This document shows positions 1 through 16,011 of a DNA stretch of 64,000 nt, piece after piece. The notes under the pieces are model-generated. The model was not told where the DNA came from and did no database searches. It worked only from the letters and a program-made list of their open reading frames with translations. Both the position numbers and the translations under genes were made by a program. The stretch comes from Microbotryum violaceum. Taxonomy: Eukaryota. Numbering within the stretch: the first letter of the stretch is position 1; each line of letters starts with the position of its first letter. The stretch lies in the NCBI GenBank assembly GCA_001244265.2, contig LN717261.1, positions 3,177,591 through 3,241,590 of the forward strand, written 5' to 3'.

Positions 1-90
1 GTTACATCTCTGGCTCGTCCTGGTAGCACATCACCCCATGCCGTTTGTTACACGATGCTGGGTTCAGCCCAAACCTGCAACTTGACTGGC

Positions 91-291
91 TGAAAGGCAC
101 GAGATTGCTCTCGAGCCCCACTGGTTCCGAGTCCAAACTAAAAGGATCAAATGGTGTAATTCGCAGGCGAAGAAAGACTACTAAATGGACTAAGGTCAAG
201 AGACGCGGTGGCGCCGCGCGCAAGGGCAAGCGTGAGGCCGCAGAGGTTGGCTCGAGGTCGTCGTGAGGTGTAAGCGGAGCGGCGCCTTACA
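91..291 (-). mobile_element. Solo LTR (~200 bp, family A)
   Basis: TG...CA termini on the minus strand; 5-bp TSD CTGGC at 86-90 and 292-296; homologous to 47194-47393 and 33863-34010. Confidence 0.9.
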
Positions 292-587
292 CTGGCTTTC
301 ACCCGCTAGCTTGGCTCCGCTCGCGCGCTCTACGAAGGAGTCGACTTTCTAATGACTGCACACACCCGTGTCAGCCCAATCATCAGACACTGGAGCACGT
401 AAAGGCAAACATATACATTACTACTTACATCCTGGGTGTGATCAACTGGTGTTGGATGGAAACCACCTGCGGCTTCGCCGTTAGTAGGTTTGGCGTCTTG
501 AATGTGATCGCTGTCCGGGCCGGTGAGGGTGAGAAAGGGGAAGGAGTCAGGTCGCTGTCTTTCTTTGCAACGGATTCAACTTACATT

Positions 588-686
588 GATTGTTTCCCAA
601 TTTCCATGCCGTTGCCCCATGTTCAGAAAAAGAAGGATTGCTTCCCAATTTCCATGCCGTTGCCCCATGTTCAGAAAAAGAAGGAT
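588..686. repeat. 48-bp tandem duplication
   Basis: GATTGTTTCCCAATTTCCATGCCGTTGCCCCATGTTCAGAAAAAGAAG occurs twice with one T/C difference. Confidence 0.9.
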
Positions 687-932
687 CGCAACTTGTAAAT
701 GCCCTGAGTTGCAACTTTGCCTCGGACTCGGACGCCACGCGTCACGAGCAAGTGCTCCGGCCGCTGCCTTTCCGGAGGCAAGCTTGTGCTCGAGACTGAA
801 CACACAAAGTGTACCCTGAGTCAGCCTCTATAATCACATTCAGTAGTAGGTGTGCTAGCCCTCTAGGTCGTTCCGTCGATGGACCACGTGAATCAGTGAT
901 TGCAGCACACCACTCCTCGAAATCCAAACATT

Positions 933-3900
933 CATAGCAAGAAAGGCCAAAACGAGGCGACCGTTTAGACCGGTGCTGTACGGTTCCGCACCACCGCCCG
1001 AAGTTGGCAACCCCTACACCATGTGGCACCAGGTGCCAGAGTTGGGAACCGGGTATAATTTGAGCCCGAGGTTCCGAAACCGTGTCCGTAGTCCTGAACT
1101 TGGAGGCGAAGTTTCAAACTTGGGGCTCATGTTTTCAACTTGGGGCGCGAGGTTCCCAACTTGGGTCTGGGATTGAGAACTTTGCCTCGAGGTTTGGCAC
1201 TTGGGGCGAGGTTTTAGGACTTGAAAGATAAAGTCTGGGACTTGGGGCTTGGCCGAGGGACTTGGAGCGAAGGTCTAGAACTTGAGCTCGTAGGGATAAA
1301 CTTAAGTTACTAGTTCACGACTTTGCGGCGAAAATTTTCACTTCGGCTCAGGTTCTCAAACCGCAGCAGTGGGACTCGCACGGTCTTCTTCAAATCGAGA
1401 GAGGCATCGATCGCCTTGCACAGGAACTAGCAAACCCAGCCCACAACTATACCACGAGCGATAGTGCCATGAACTTGAGTGGACTCACCAACTTTGATCA
1501 TCATCAGAAACAGCTGTGCAAGGTCAAATCTTTGACTAGGTCTGGACTGGGTTTGGGACAGGAATGGGTTGGATCATGATAGCGTGTCAGTATAATATCG
1601 TGAACAAGGACAGAGATCGAGGAGGGTCAGTCCTTCGGGTGTTTCGAAGCAAGGAGCTCGAGCGTGACGAGAGGGGGTGCGAAGCTCCGACAGCGAGGTC
1701 GGTTCTACGAATCGGACTTGAACGTTCCACCATCCCAAGCCAATCCAGTGCTGTGAAGCAAGCCAAATCAGCAGGGCAGTATGCCACCACAAGCCCACTC
1801 ACACGGTGTCATCGATTAGAGAAGACCGTCACGGTAAGCAGGTGATGGTGCGACGCAATCAAGCACGATCCCAGGGCTCGCAAGGAACGTAAAAGCGCAC
1901 CAGTATTTTGATGGGTTGTACTCACCTTTGTTGGCGATGGCATGGGCGAGAAGGCTTATGATCTACATGAGATCAAGGTGATTGTTGATCAAGCTTAGCC
2001 AAGCGATGACGTCATGCTTCTGGCTAGGAGCTTGATCGCTCGGCCCTCCCACCCTGCACGAATAAAGGCCGGGACTGTAGTAGATGGGCTCGATACAGAA
2101 ATCTCTTTCACCTGTAACATCGCTGTTGAGGAACTAAGACACGAGCGAAAGCGTCAGCGCAAGTGCAGCTCCCACAGGGCCATCACCACAGCGAGTCTCG
2201 AAGCTGGTATCGCCACGGTCATACGAGGAGTAGCCAGAGCGGTGAAGCGCTTACAAGGAGGTGATGGTTCGTGCAAAAATATGTTTGTGGGCATGGGAAC
2301 GCTGGCGTTGGCACCGCAGCACATGGGTGGGAGCAAATCGAGTCATAGCCGCGAGCAGGCTTGAACGAGCGTCCACAGGTGTTTGAATGCCGGGTGAGAA
2401 TCGGAAGAAGATGACGACTGATTTGCAGCGAGTGATCAAAGGCCTTGTTGTAGGCTTGAAACAAATGTACGCAAAACGTGGATCGAGAAGCCGACCTAGA
2501 GAGCAAGGTGATGCGACGTAATCGTCGGCGAGATGACGATGAGGACGACGACAACGATGATGATGACGACAACGACAGGTCTTATAAGTTTTAGCCGAGC
2601 GAATGGTATGTCGGCTTCCGGTAGGTATGACCTCGTGCGCACAGCCGAGCTGGAACAAGTTGGTGCGACGGAGTAGGCAGCGAGATGGCGGTGGTGACGA
2701 CGACGCGACGTTCTTCAAAGTGGGACTTGTGTGCTACATGCAGACTTCGGTGACCTGGTGATCAACGAACGTGTGTCGCGCGCAAGTCCGAGTGAGAGGT
2801 CCAACTCGAGCGAGCGGCGAGTGATTGGTCAAAGGAGAAGAGCGGACCGACGACAAGGTGCCTATTTATAGTCCCCGCAGTCGAATTTCCGCAGACAGAT
2901 GAACTACCCCTAAGCTTCACGATCACACTCCCAAGCGAAGTCTCTCTCTTATCAACAGGTGGCATCGAGAGAAAAAAATGCATTGACGAGGTTGGAGCAA
3001 GGTTGCTGCATCGATTTCATCGAAGTGTCCGTGCCTCCGACAAGGCCGACGGCAGGAAGAGCACTTTGAAGACTGGAGCAATTTTCATGCGACGTCATTG
3101 CAAGTGACCCTAGATCACATGAACGCTCCATCAGATTGTCGAAACTTGGTAAGGGACTATGATGTGCAGTCCCAGCTCTGTGTAATCCCTCAGAATCGGT
3201 ACACCTTGCTCGCTCGAGATGGCATCGAGCCCGATGACTCTCGGTCGCTCCGCAGTCCCCGCGTGGAAAGGCTCGAGCACTCTAACCTGGCCAAGGTAGC
3301 CTAGTTTACGCGTCTGACTCTCGTCCATCCAGGTAACGAGGAGCAAGGTGAACTTCTCGTCTCGTCCGACGCTAAATATTGCTTCGACTTGGGCGAATAC
3401 GACACGGTCCCTTGAATCCGATGGAGCACCAAAAACGACAAAATCGCCGACGCGCACGGTGACCAGTCGAGCGCGGATCCGATCGTCATACCGTACTTTC
3501 GAGTGGTACAAGATGCGATTTGTTTTTCTCCAATACCACGCTGGAAATTTGACGTCGGAAGGCTTTCGATGAGCGGCGGACACCTCGGATCCGTTAAGCC
3601 ACTTGGCAACTTATCGGTCGCCCGGGGCGTGACTTCCAGGCCGAACGCACGGATTTGCTTCCTGTCAACACGACCCATGGGACGAACCCTTTCTACACTG
3701 TTTGTTGGAGAGGAAAAGGAAGTCGGTCCAATCAGTGATAAGGCTCTGGCCCTCCCGCGCAACAAATCGTTATCGGGCAGACTGACCGGTCTTTGATCGA
3801 GGTCGTCACTGTCGCAGAAACGGTGCGAGCGCGGAAGATAGATTTCCGACAGGAGAGAGTAAACAGCCGCGCGGGAAGGAAGCCCCGCGCGCTCCCTAAC

Positions 3901-5093
3901 TTAAGCAGAGCAAACTCCAATACCAAAGGTATATCAAATGACACCTCGGCTGGCGCCTTGAGGATGGCGAATCGGCTGCGGCTTACTAGGAGACTCGGAG
4001 GATGGTCGCGGATGTTCGGACCCAAGGGCGGCTCGATGACCGAGTCATACTTCTCCCGCACGCCGTCCAGCTGCTCTGGCGCAAGGAATGGATTCTGAAG
4101 CCGGAGGCCAGGTGGACCAGGTGGACGGAGAAGATGCTTTACAAAGATCTGTTCCCTTCGCCTCAGGATTGCCAGGATTTGATGCTGCCGAAACCAGTCA
4201 GTCGCGGGCTGTCGCGGGCGCAGCGCTGACGCGATGTCAATTTTCGAGTCGACACCTGCTGGGTTTGGGTCTTGCGTACTGCAGCTGACTCCCAAGGGAA
4301 CGCGCTCATTTGAATGCAGGGTCCCACCGCACTTTCTTCCCAATCTAGCCGCAAAACAGCTCGATTTTCTAACATCCGAGACATGGTCCACCGCCAACAG
4401 AAGAAACACTATCTCAGCCGCCCCAGCACTGTACTGTGCCGTGGACCCTATGAAGAGCTTAAAGCCACTCACTCGGTCCTGTACACAGATGCTTATCAGT
4501 CAAAGACGAATGGACGTCGCTTCTGCCGTGTGCCATACTGCCCACTGTATCTCAGTAGATCTTCGGTTTTACTACTCAGTTTTGCATACCCAGAAATCCT
4601 ATACTACAGCCAGTTAAAAAAATATCCAACAGTACAGTGTACTATGTACGTGTCCACCGCATCAAGGAGGTTTCAGGAGTGCAAACTTTTTTGACCGGTC
4701 TTCCACCCTTGGTAAACGAAGCGAACCGTGCGCAATCCGACCCCTGCTCTTGAACCATTGGCAACCTCGGCAAGGAGTTGAGATCTTGACTCCGAAGTTA
4801 CCGAACCTACCACCGAGGTTGTAGAACCTGACACCGAAATTGGAACCTCATACTGAAGTTGGAGAACCTCGGCACAATCCGAAAAACCTGAGCACCAAGT
4901 TGCCACCTTGGGACCGAGTGAATGCACGGTGACCAACCTCACCTCAAGCGCCCACACCGTGGTTCGGCGCGCGCGCGCGAAGTTTTTCACGGTGTGGGAC
5001 CTCGAGGAGCGTCCATGACGGCGAACCTCCCGGCCAGGTGCGGCACCGGTCTAAACGGTTGCCTCGTTTTGGCCTTTCTTGCTATGTTGTGGG
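933..5093 (-). mobile_element. TIR DNA transposon derivative, CACTA/CMC (EnSpm/Plavaka)-like
   Basis: ~45-bp inverted repeat (CATAGCAAGAAAGGCCAAAACGAGG... at 933-976 vs 5043-5086); arrays of subterminal AACTTGG/CCAAGTT motifs at ~1030-1330 and ~4740-4920; internal transposase-like remnant. Confidence 0.6.
3131..4100 (-). pseudogene. C-terminal fragment of a CACTA/Plavaka-like transposase (BAH-like VRVGDFV...FAQVEAIF region)
   Basis: ORF 3131-3583(-) VRVGDFVVFG...VVFAQVEAIF...LLLVTW resembles the C-terminus of fungal CMC transposases; upstream frames are broken. Confidence 0.45.
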
Positions 5094-5494
5094 CCACAAG
5101 TCAGAGCGCAAAGGAACATCTGTGAGCACCTCCAATCGGCCTCGGAAGGTTTGTCTTTGTCCCCACTGCCTCTTCCGGTTGCACAGATACGGTACCGGAC
5201 GCGTGAGCATTGAGCGGCGCAATTTTAGCATAGCCTTACTTCGCCGTGCCACAGGCCTCCTTCCGCGAGACACTGCTCGCGCGCCTGATCTCCCCTTTCT
5301 TCTTTGACGCGCGCGAACGATAATGGGGCACGCCGCGCGTCTGAAAGGGAAGGCCGGTCGGCTGCGCTACAAGATTTCGCCGTCTTCGAGGTGTGCTCTT
5401 CTGTTCCTCTCTTCCAATCCAATCCAATCCATTCTCTCTGCTCAATTCATTTCGTCACTCCTTCTACACCTCCAGCCTCAATACTTACATCTCA

Positions 5495-5686
5495 ATGGCC
5501 CCTGTTCAATTCTCGCTCACCGCCGAAGCCCCTGTCACAACGACTACTGCTTACCCCAAAGCCACCTACACCCTTCCCCAGTGCGTCGTCGCGGCGTACC
5601 CTAAAGCCACATACACTCTTCCCCAATGTGTCGTTGCCGCCTACCCCAAGGCGACCTACACTCTACCACAATGCGCCATCGTTTGA
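5495..5686 (+). CDS. Lipopeptide mating pheromone precursor (63 aa) with three tandem peptide copies ending in CAAX (rhodotorucine/RHA-type architecture)
   Basis: MAPVQFSLTAEAPVTTTT-AYPKATYTLPQCVVA-AYPKATYTLPQCVVA-AYPKATYTLPQCAIV*; C-terminal CAIV prenylation motif; units 1 and 2 differ at 8 synonymous and 0 nonsynonymous sites. Confidence 0.9.
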   Translation: MAPVQFSLTAEAPVTTTTAYPKATYTLPQCVVAAYPKATYTLPQCVVAAYPKATYTLPQCAIV

Positions 5687-6201
5687 GCCTGGGCGGCGAG
5701 CCGACGTCCATTTCGAACCGACTTGACAAGTGTTTAGGGGCCGAAGATCCAGAATTCGCTTGAGCCAAGGGCTGCTCTGTAAGTCTAGCCGGTGCCCAGG
5801 CTCCGACAGACTCCACTCATTGACTGATTGTATTTCCACTCCTTGGTCGCTTTGTCGCAGAGTGGAGCGCAAGCTCTAGACGGTGAATTTGCAAATCATA
5901 GCGGGCCGGATCACGCGAGTCACGGGTTTCCAATACTCAAGCGCCAACATCAGCGAACGAGAGCGTTCTGCATCGTAGCATTCCGCAGCTTAGCCAATGA
6001 TTCTTTTGTTCGTGTGGAATTTCAATGAAGAAAGTCCCCCTTCCCCGCCCCCTTCCCCGCCCCCTCCTAACGAATGCCTCCAGGATGGCGATCCTAAACA
6101 ACAGAAGGCCCAGATGAGCTTTCGAACACCATCCTTCACAAACCCGTGAAGGAAACCGAGTTCGGAAAACGTGAAAGGTGAAGAAAACGGGGAGACAGCG
6201 C

Positions 6202-7255
6202 TTAGTGATTGGAGTCTGGGGATTGCAAATGATACTTGATATCTTGATGGGCACGGTACAGCGAGGGGGCGTACGATTCCTCAAGGCGCTCGAAGTTGGA
6301 CTGAACAACGGCGGCGGCACCAGGGAGGAAGTACGCCAGCGCTCCACCAAAAAACATGCCAGGGAGGGCTAGTCGTAACATAAAGTTACCTGCAGACAGA
6401 TAAGCAGGAGACAGGGAGTGGTGAGCGCCGCGCAAACAGCCGGATCGATCGGCAAATAGAGTGACCCACGATTGCGTGCGAGAATCGAGCCAGTCAGTGT
6501 TGCGATTGCGACGCTGTTATCCAAGCGGGACAGGGATCGATATGTAAGTCCTGTAGAGACTATTCATGAATGACGTTGACAGAGGACAGGATGCGGCACA
6601 TACTATAGTCCACCCGGCACAAGTGTCTCGTCCGGAGCAATCATCGACTTCATTTGCGCTGCCCAACAGCCGGCGTCGATGTTACGCGTGAGCTCCAGTC
6701 GGCCCGACGCGGGTAGCTGCGAACTTTGATGGAACTGACCCTCGCCTTTTCCTTCCCATTTGATCCAAGTACAAGCTCCCTTGCGAACCTGGGCGTGGAG
6801 CTGAGCATAGGATGTCTGCAACCATCGGCGTGCCTGAGCTACTTCGTCTTGCAGGGGCAAATGTGCTGGCAGTAGTGTGAGGGGCACGGGAACCTTGTTG
6901 TAGATGGCCATCTGCTGTGGAGCAATGACCGAGTCGGATCAAACGACATTTGTCATCATATTGTGATACGGACGCGGACAACTTAAGGATCGCCATACAC
7001 CGTCAGTCGACTTACAGTGGCTGGGCGAGAGGCGGCTGCGGGTGCGAGCTCAGGATCCTTGTCTTCGGCATGTATGGTTTGCCTCTGAAGCAAGAAAGAA
7101 GAGGTTCCGCCAGCAATGGCAAGGCGCGTAGTGAGCTGTACGAACCAAGAGGTTCACGGGTCAGCGATTGAGTGACAGGCGCTCCGCCCGTGCAATTTCG
7201 CGGCGAGTCTGGAACTCCGGACATCGCGACTGACCCGCGGTAAGATGGAGGCCAT
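6202..7255 (-). CDS. MICOS subunit MIC26/MIC27 (apolipoprotein O family), multi-exon
   Basis: ATG at 7255 (MASILPR, then GTCAGT intron), LTTRLAIAGG...TIHAED, MAIYNKVP...ARRWLQ...WIKWE, MIAPDETLVPGGLY, NFMLRLALPGMFFGGALAYFLP; central exon boundaries uncertain and the gene could be degenerate. Confidence 0.7.
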
Positions 7256-7427
7256 AGCTGGGAGTGCGTGTGTCCTTTTGTTTTGCCTCGTGGGTCGTGG
7301 ATCGTGCCTCAGGCGTCCCTAGTCGGGAGAGGCGGTCCTCGCAGTCGTCAAGATGGTTGGGGGTGCGGGCGCTGCGTGTAGCCAGGACCCGGGAAAGCTC
7401 AGCCCAGAACCCCGAAAGCCCGGCCAG

Positions 7428-7550
7428 TGTAAGGGGATGCCTTACAGAACAGCCCTATAAGTAGTCTCTGAGTAGCTAGAACTGCCGAGTTCTAGTTACG
7501 ACTTGCTTTTAGCCTAGCGGTCAAGAACGACAGATTGTATTTTATGCACA
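7428..7550 (+). repeat. ~125-bp dispersed repeat (family B; possible short solo LTR or MITE)
   Basis: TGTAAGG...ATGCACA; inverted near-identical copy at 24830-24961; internal hairpins TGTAAGG/CCTTACA and CTAGAACT/AGTTCTAG; CCAG on both flanks. Confidence 0.7.
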
Positions 7551-8489
7551 CCAGTGGGAACCCGTTAAATTAACGGGAGGATGAAATTCAAAAAATAGCA
7601 GGATAATCGAACAGTCTACATGATCTCAGCGCAGAGGTTAAGAAAACACAATACGAAGTACAGCAAAGAAACAAAATCCATTCATCTTACATTCATCGCC
7701 GAAACAGCTTGCATGTCGCTTGTTGCCGGACGTGGCTTCAAACACTCGTGCGATGAGATCCGGACGGTTGCATGCTTTATCGGCCCCAGTGCAGCCTTGG
7801 TTTCCGGTGAGTCGGGGTCGTACGTCATCTTGATGAGCAGCGGAGGCTTCCCATCTTTGACAACGCACGCCATCGCATCCTGGTATCGCTGCGTGATGTC
7901 GCGATTTGGTTCGGGGTCAAGGCGTTGATGCCTTGGGTCGTGGTGAGGCGTAGGTTCTCTTGATGCAACCGGATGTGTAGAGTCGATCGGTCTCGACTTG
8001 GAGTATATCCATAAATCACAGACTCCAGGAAGGGACCGTGGGTGCAATGCGGGATTGAGAAGTACTCGTCGCCTTTGGCAAGTAGTGCGCAAAGAATGGT
8101 GAACGCGAGACTCGCCACCTCGACCCCTTTACTTGACCTTCGTCCTAGGTGTTCAAAAGTTCAATGTCAGTCTGTGCTTGCGCCTTAGACAGAATGGAAC
8201 ATCAGAGAAAGAGCTGAAGAAGCGTACGTTCGCCATCACCATCCTCTTCGTCCCCGTCCTCGCCGTCTTCATCCTCATCGTCGCGGTCTTCGTCCTCCTC
8301 TTCGTCTTCGTCATCCAGACCGAGACCGGCAACTACCTCGCGCAATTGGACACCATTGTCGATCTGCGATCTGCTCTCGGTTTCTGGCGATGGGCGGCCC
8401 GGCTTGGTGGAACCCGCAAAGAGGAATGTTGGGGTGGAAGCCATCTTCCCCTGCAGGAAATAGTAGTGGCTACCGGAGAGGCAACGCAG

Positions 8490-9628
8490 ACGGATGGATC
8501 GAGCTGATGGCTTGGTACTTGGGTCGACCCTCGGGACATCGATCACCGTGCACCTGGAGAATAAGGTCTTGACGTCCACGATCTCCCGTGTTGGTGTCGG
8601 AATGGCAGATAAGCATCGCCATTTCCGTGCTCGACGTAGGAAGGTTGTGGGCGCGTCGGTCTCGACCAGGTGGTAGGCAGAGGCGCAGGACCCTCTCTTT
8701 GGCCGTAGCCCAACCTGCGCGAGCTTTGGCCCATGCGAACTCCCTCACAAAGTGAATTTTGGTACGCAACATGGACTCGAGCTTGGTCAAAGCAGATATT
8801 TGTATGCGACTGTCTGCGCCGTCGGGTCCCAGTCGAGTGTCAGTGGCCTCGGCCGGGTCGATGGGCCATATTTGGGCCAAGGCTGGACGTTGATTGACGG
8901 TAGGAATCAGTACGGCGAGTCAATGCGAGTCAATGGTAAAAGCAGCCAAAAAAACGCAAAACATGCGGGGTCCTTGAGTGCCTGGTCGAGTCTGGTCAAA
9001 GTGGGCAGCCAGCGAGCGAAGTGAACGACAGCGCGTTGTTGTACGACCGGGCATTCTCGCGGAACGCCGGAATGCCTTAGCTTCTGTGTAGGTGGGTCGC
9101 ACAGTTCAGCATGTGTGTCTACTACGGACGAATGTCGTTGGACGGAGCAACTGACCGCTATCCGAGCCTTCAAGTAGCTATTGATACACGGGATTGGGCC
9201 GGAGAGAGGAGGTAGCTGCACCTTACCCTGCAAGCAGCACACGCTGAAGTGTCCGGTTCGTCCTTTGCACTCCCAGTGTCGAGCCTTGCAGTGGGCACAC
9301 ACGGCCATCTGGGGCCGAGTAAGTTGCGAATGGGAACGTGGGGCTTGAGTGGTTTGAGCTCGATTCGAGGCCTGCGCACTTGCCTCTGCGCAAGAAGAGG
9401 CGGTGGTGGGGCGAGCCCAGCGTCGGATCGGCCATCGGGCCCTCGCTGACCACGTTGTTCGTTCTACAAAGCTGTACGGCGGACGCTTATACGGGTCGTA
9501 ATACCAACATCGGTCGAGTGGTTGTCATTGTGCGCGGGGAGCTGATTCTGTTGATCGGAGCGGGACGAAGAGGAGAGTCAAGCAGCCGGCTCAGCAGCGG
9601 GCGCTCGAGCAGGCCCATGGTCTCCCAT
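8490..9628 (-). pseudogene. Helitron RepHel N-terminal region, degenerate and truncated
   Basis: CAHCKARHW...CCLQGKVQLPPL, then FRENARSYNNALSFTSLAAHFDQ and YAQIWPIDP...KLESMLRT, characteristic of the Helitron N-terminus; stops and frameshifts; no Rep or helicase core seen. Confidence 0.8.
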
Positions 9629-9949
9629 GGTACCGCGGTACGCTATCCTCGCGCCAGAGGCTCGGCGCGGTGGTCAAGAAAATTCGATGAATGGGAGGGA
9701 GAGGAAAGAATTAGAGAGAGTATCGCGGGACTATTTACAGCCCCTGGAAGATCATGATGTTGTCCAGCCCCTAAAACCGGTGTCGCGTTGTAAACAATAC
9801 GTCACGTGATCGACGGCGCATCACGCTGCACAGCGGGACCACGCCTGAGCTCTGTAGAAAAAGTGACATGCAGACCCACGCGCTTGCTGTACATTAAATC
9901 ATAAACAAACTGCTCAATAGGCCTTCAGACCTCCGAGACGCCGTGCAAC

Positions 9950-10990
9950 TATCAGTATTCTTGCTGTTTCCCCCCAGAAGTCAGCATTCTATCAAGCAAG
10001 CGTCGACGATTTGTGCAGGCGATGACTTGGGAATAATGGGAAGGGATCTTGAAAAAACTTGTCCCTTGATGTTATAGTCCAACCGGTCAGTCAGTCATGC
10101 TGCCCTGCGCTTTGCTTTTGAAAGGTTGGCACACACCTGCCAACACGACGGTTACTCCACCGAACTGAGGCGGGCCCCGATTCTCAACCGCACGAAGTCA
10201 AGCACCACCTCAACTTCTCCCCAGAAGTCAGAATTCCATGAAGCAAGCGTCGACGATTTATGCTGGCGATGACTTGGAATAACAGGAAGGCATTGCTTCG
10301 GATCCCCTGTGATGTTACAGTCCAACCGGTCAGTTAATCATGCTGTCCTGCGCTTTGCTTTTGAAAGATTGGCACATACCTGCCAACGGGATGGTCACCC
10401 CACCGAACCGAGCCGTGGAATAACGGGAAGGCATTGCTTCGGAACCTCTGTGATGTTGCAGTCCAACCGATCATTAGTCATGCTGCCCTGCGCTTTGCTT
10501 TTGAAAGATTGGCACACACCTGCCAACACGACGGGCACTTCACACTCCACCGAACCGCGCCGTTGAGGATGACGGGAAGGCATTGTTTCGGATTCCCTGG
10601 GATGTTACAGTCCACCCGGTCAGGTAGTCATGCTGCCCTGCGCTTTGCTTTTGAAAGATTGGCACATACCTGCCAACGCGACGGTCACCCCACCGAACCG
10701 AGCCGTGGAATAACGGGAAGGCATTGCTTCGGAACCCCTGTGATGTTACAGTCCAACCGGTCCGTTAGTCATCCTGCCCTGCGCTTTGCTTTTGAAAGAT
10801 TGGCACACACCTGCCAACACGCCGGTCACTCCACCGAACCGAGCCGTTGAGGATGACGGGAAGGCATTGCTTCGGATCCCCTGTGATGTTACAGTCGAAC
10901 CGGTCCGTTAGTCATGCTGCCCTGCGTTTTGCTTTTGAAAGATTGGCACACACCTGCCAACACGCCGGTCACGCCACCAAACCGAGCCAT
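9950..10990. repeat. Minisatellite, ~6 copies of a ~140-150-bp unit upstream of the Helitron ORF
   Basis: Recurrent GGAAGGCATTGCTTCGG...GATGTTACAGTCCAACCGG...CGCTTTGCTTTTGAAAGATTGGCACACACCTGCCAAC...CCACCGAACCGAGCC. Confidence 0.9.
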
Positions 10991-11336
10991 CCGTGACCAA
11001 GCGCCTTTCACCACGCCCCTTCAAGTCTATTCTGCTGGGTACGTTACAAAAAGTTCATTACAAAGGGAGGAGCACGTAGCCCATGCTTCCGTCTTGGCCC
11101 TAACGAACCTGCGTTTGTTACAGTGCATCGCTGTGAGGTTCCAGCCATCTGGCCATCGCCAAGCAAATTTCGGTCCGCCACATGTGGTGTAACCGCATAC
11201 GAATATAACAGCGATTTGTTTCTGTCGCTTCGAGACGTATTCACTGGTGCCCGCAATATGTGTCTTTGGAGGGGCCTACTTCAATGGCATCAATTTGATG
11301 GACTCACTCAATCCAATGGGGTCAATTGCGCATCTC

Positions 11337-16006
<4,670 letters not shown>

Positions 16007-16011
16007 ATCTC

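Noticed and set aside
588-686. Second repeated-peptide pheromone precursor
   Set aside because: No CAAX ending or convincing start in any frame, and the units are nearly identical at DNA level, so it is a simple duplication.
5100-5340. Pheromone response elements (ACAAAGGGA-type) upstream of the pheromone gene
   Set aside because: Only partial matches (e.g. TCTTTGT at ~5154), not distinguishable from chance.
9950-10990. CRISPR array
   Set aside because: Eukaryotic context; units are long and similar throughout, with no unique spacers and no cas genes.
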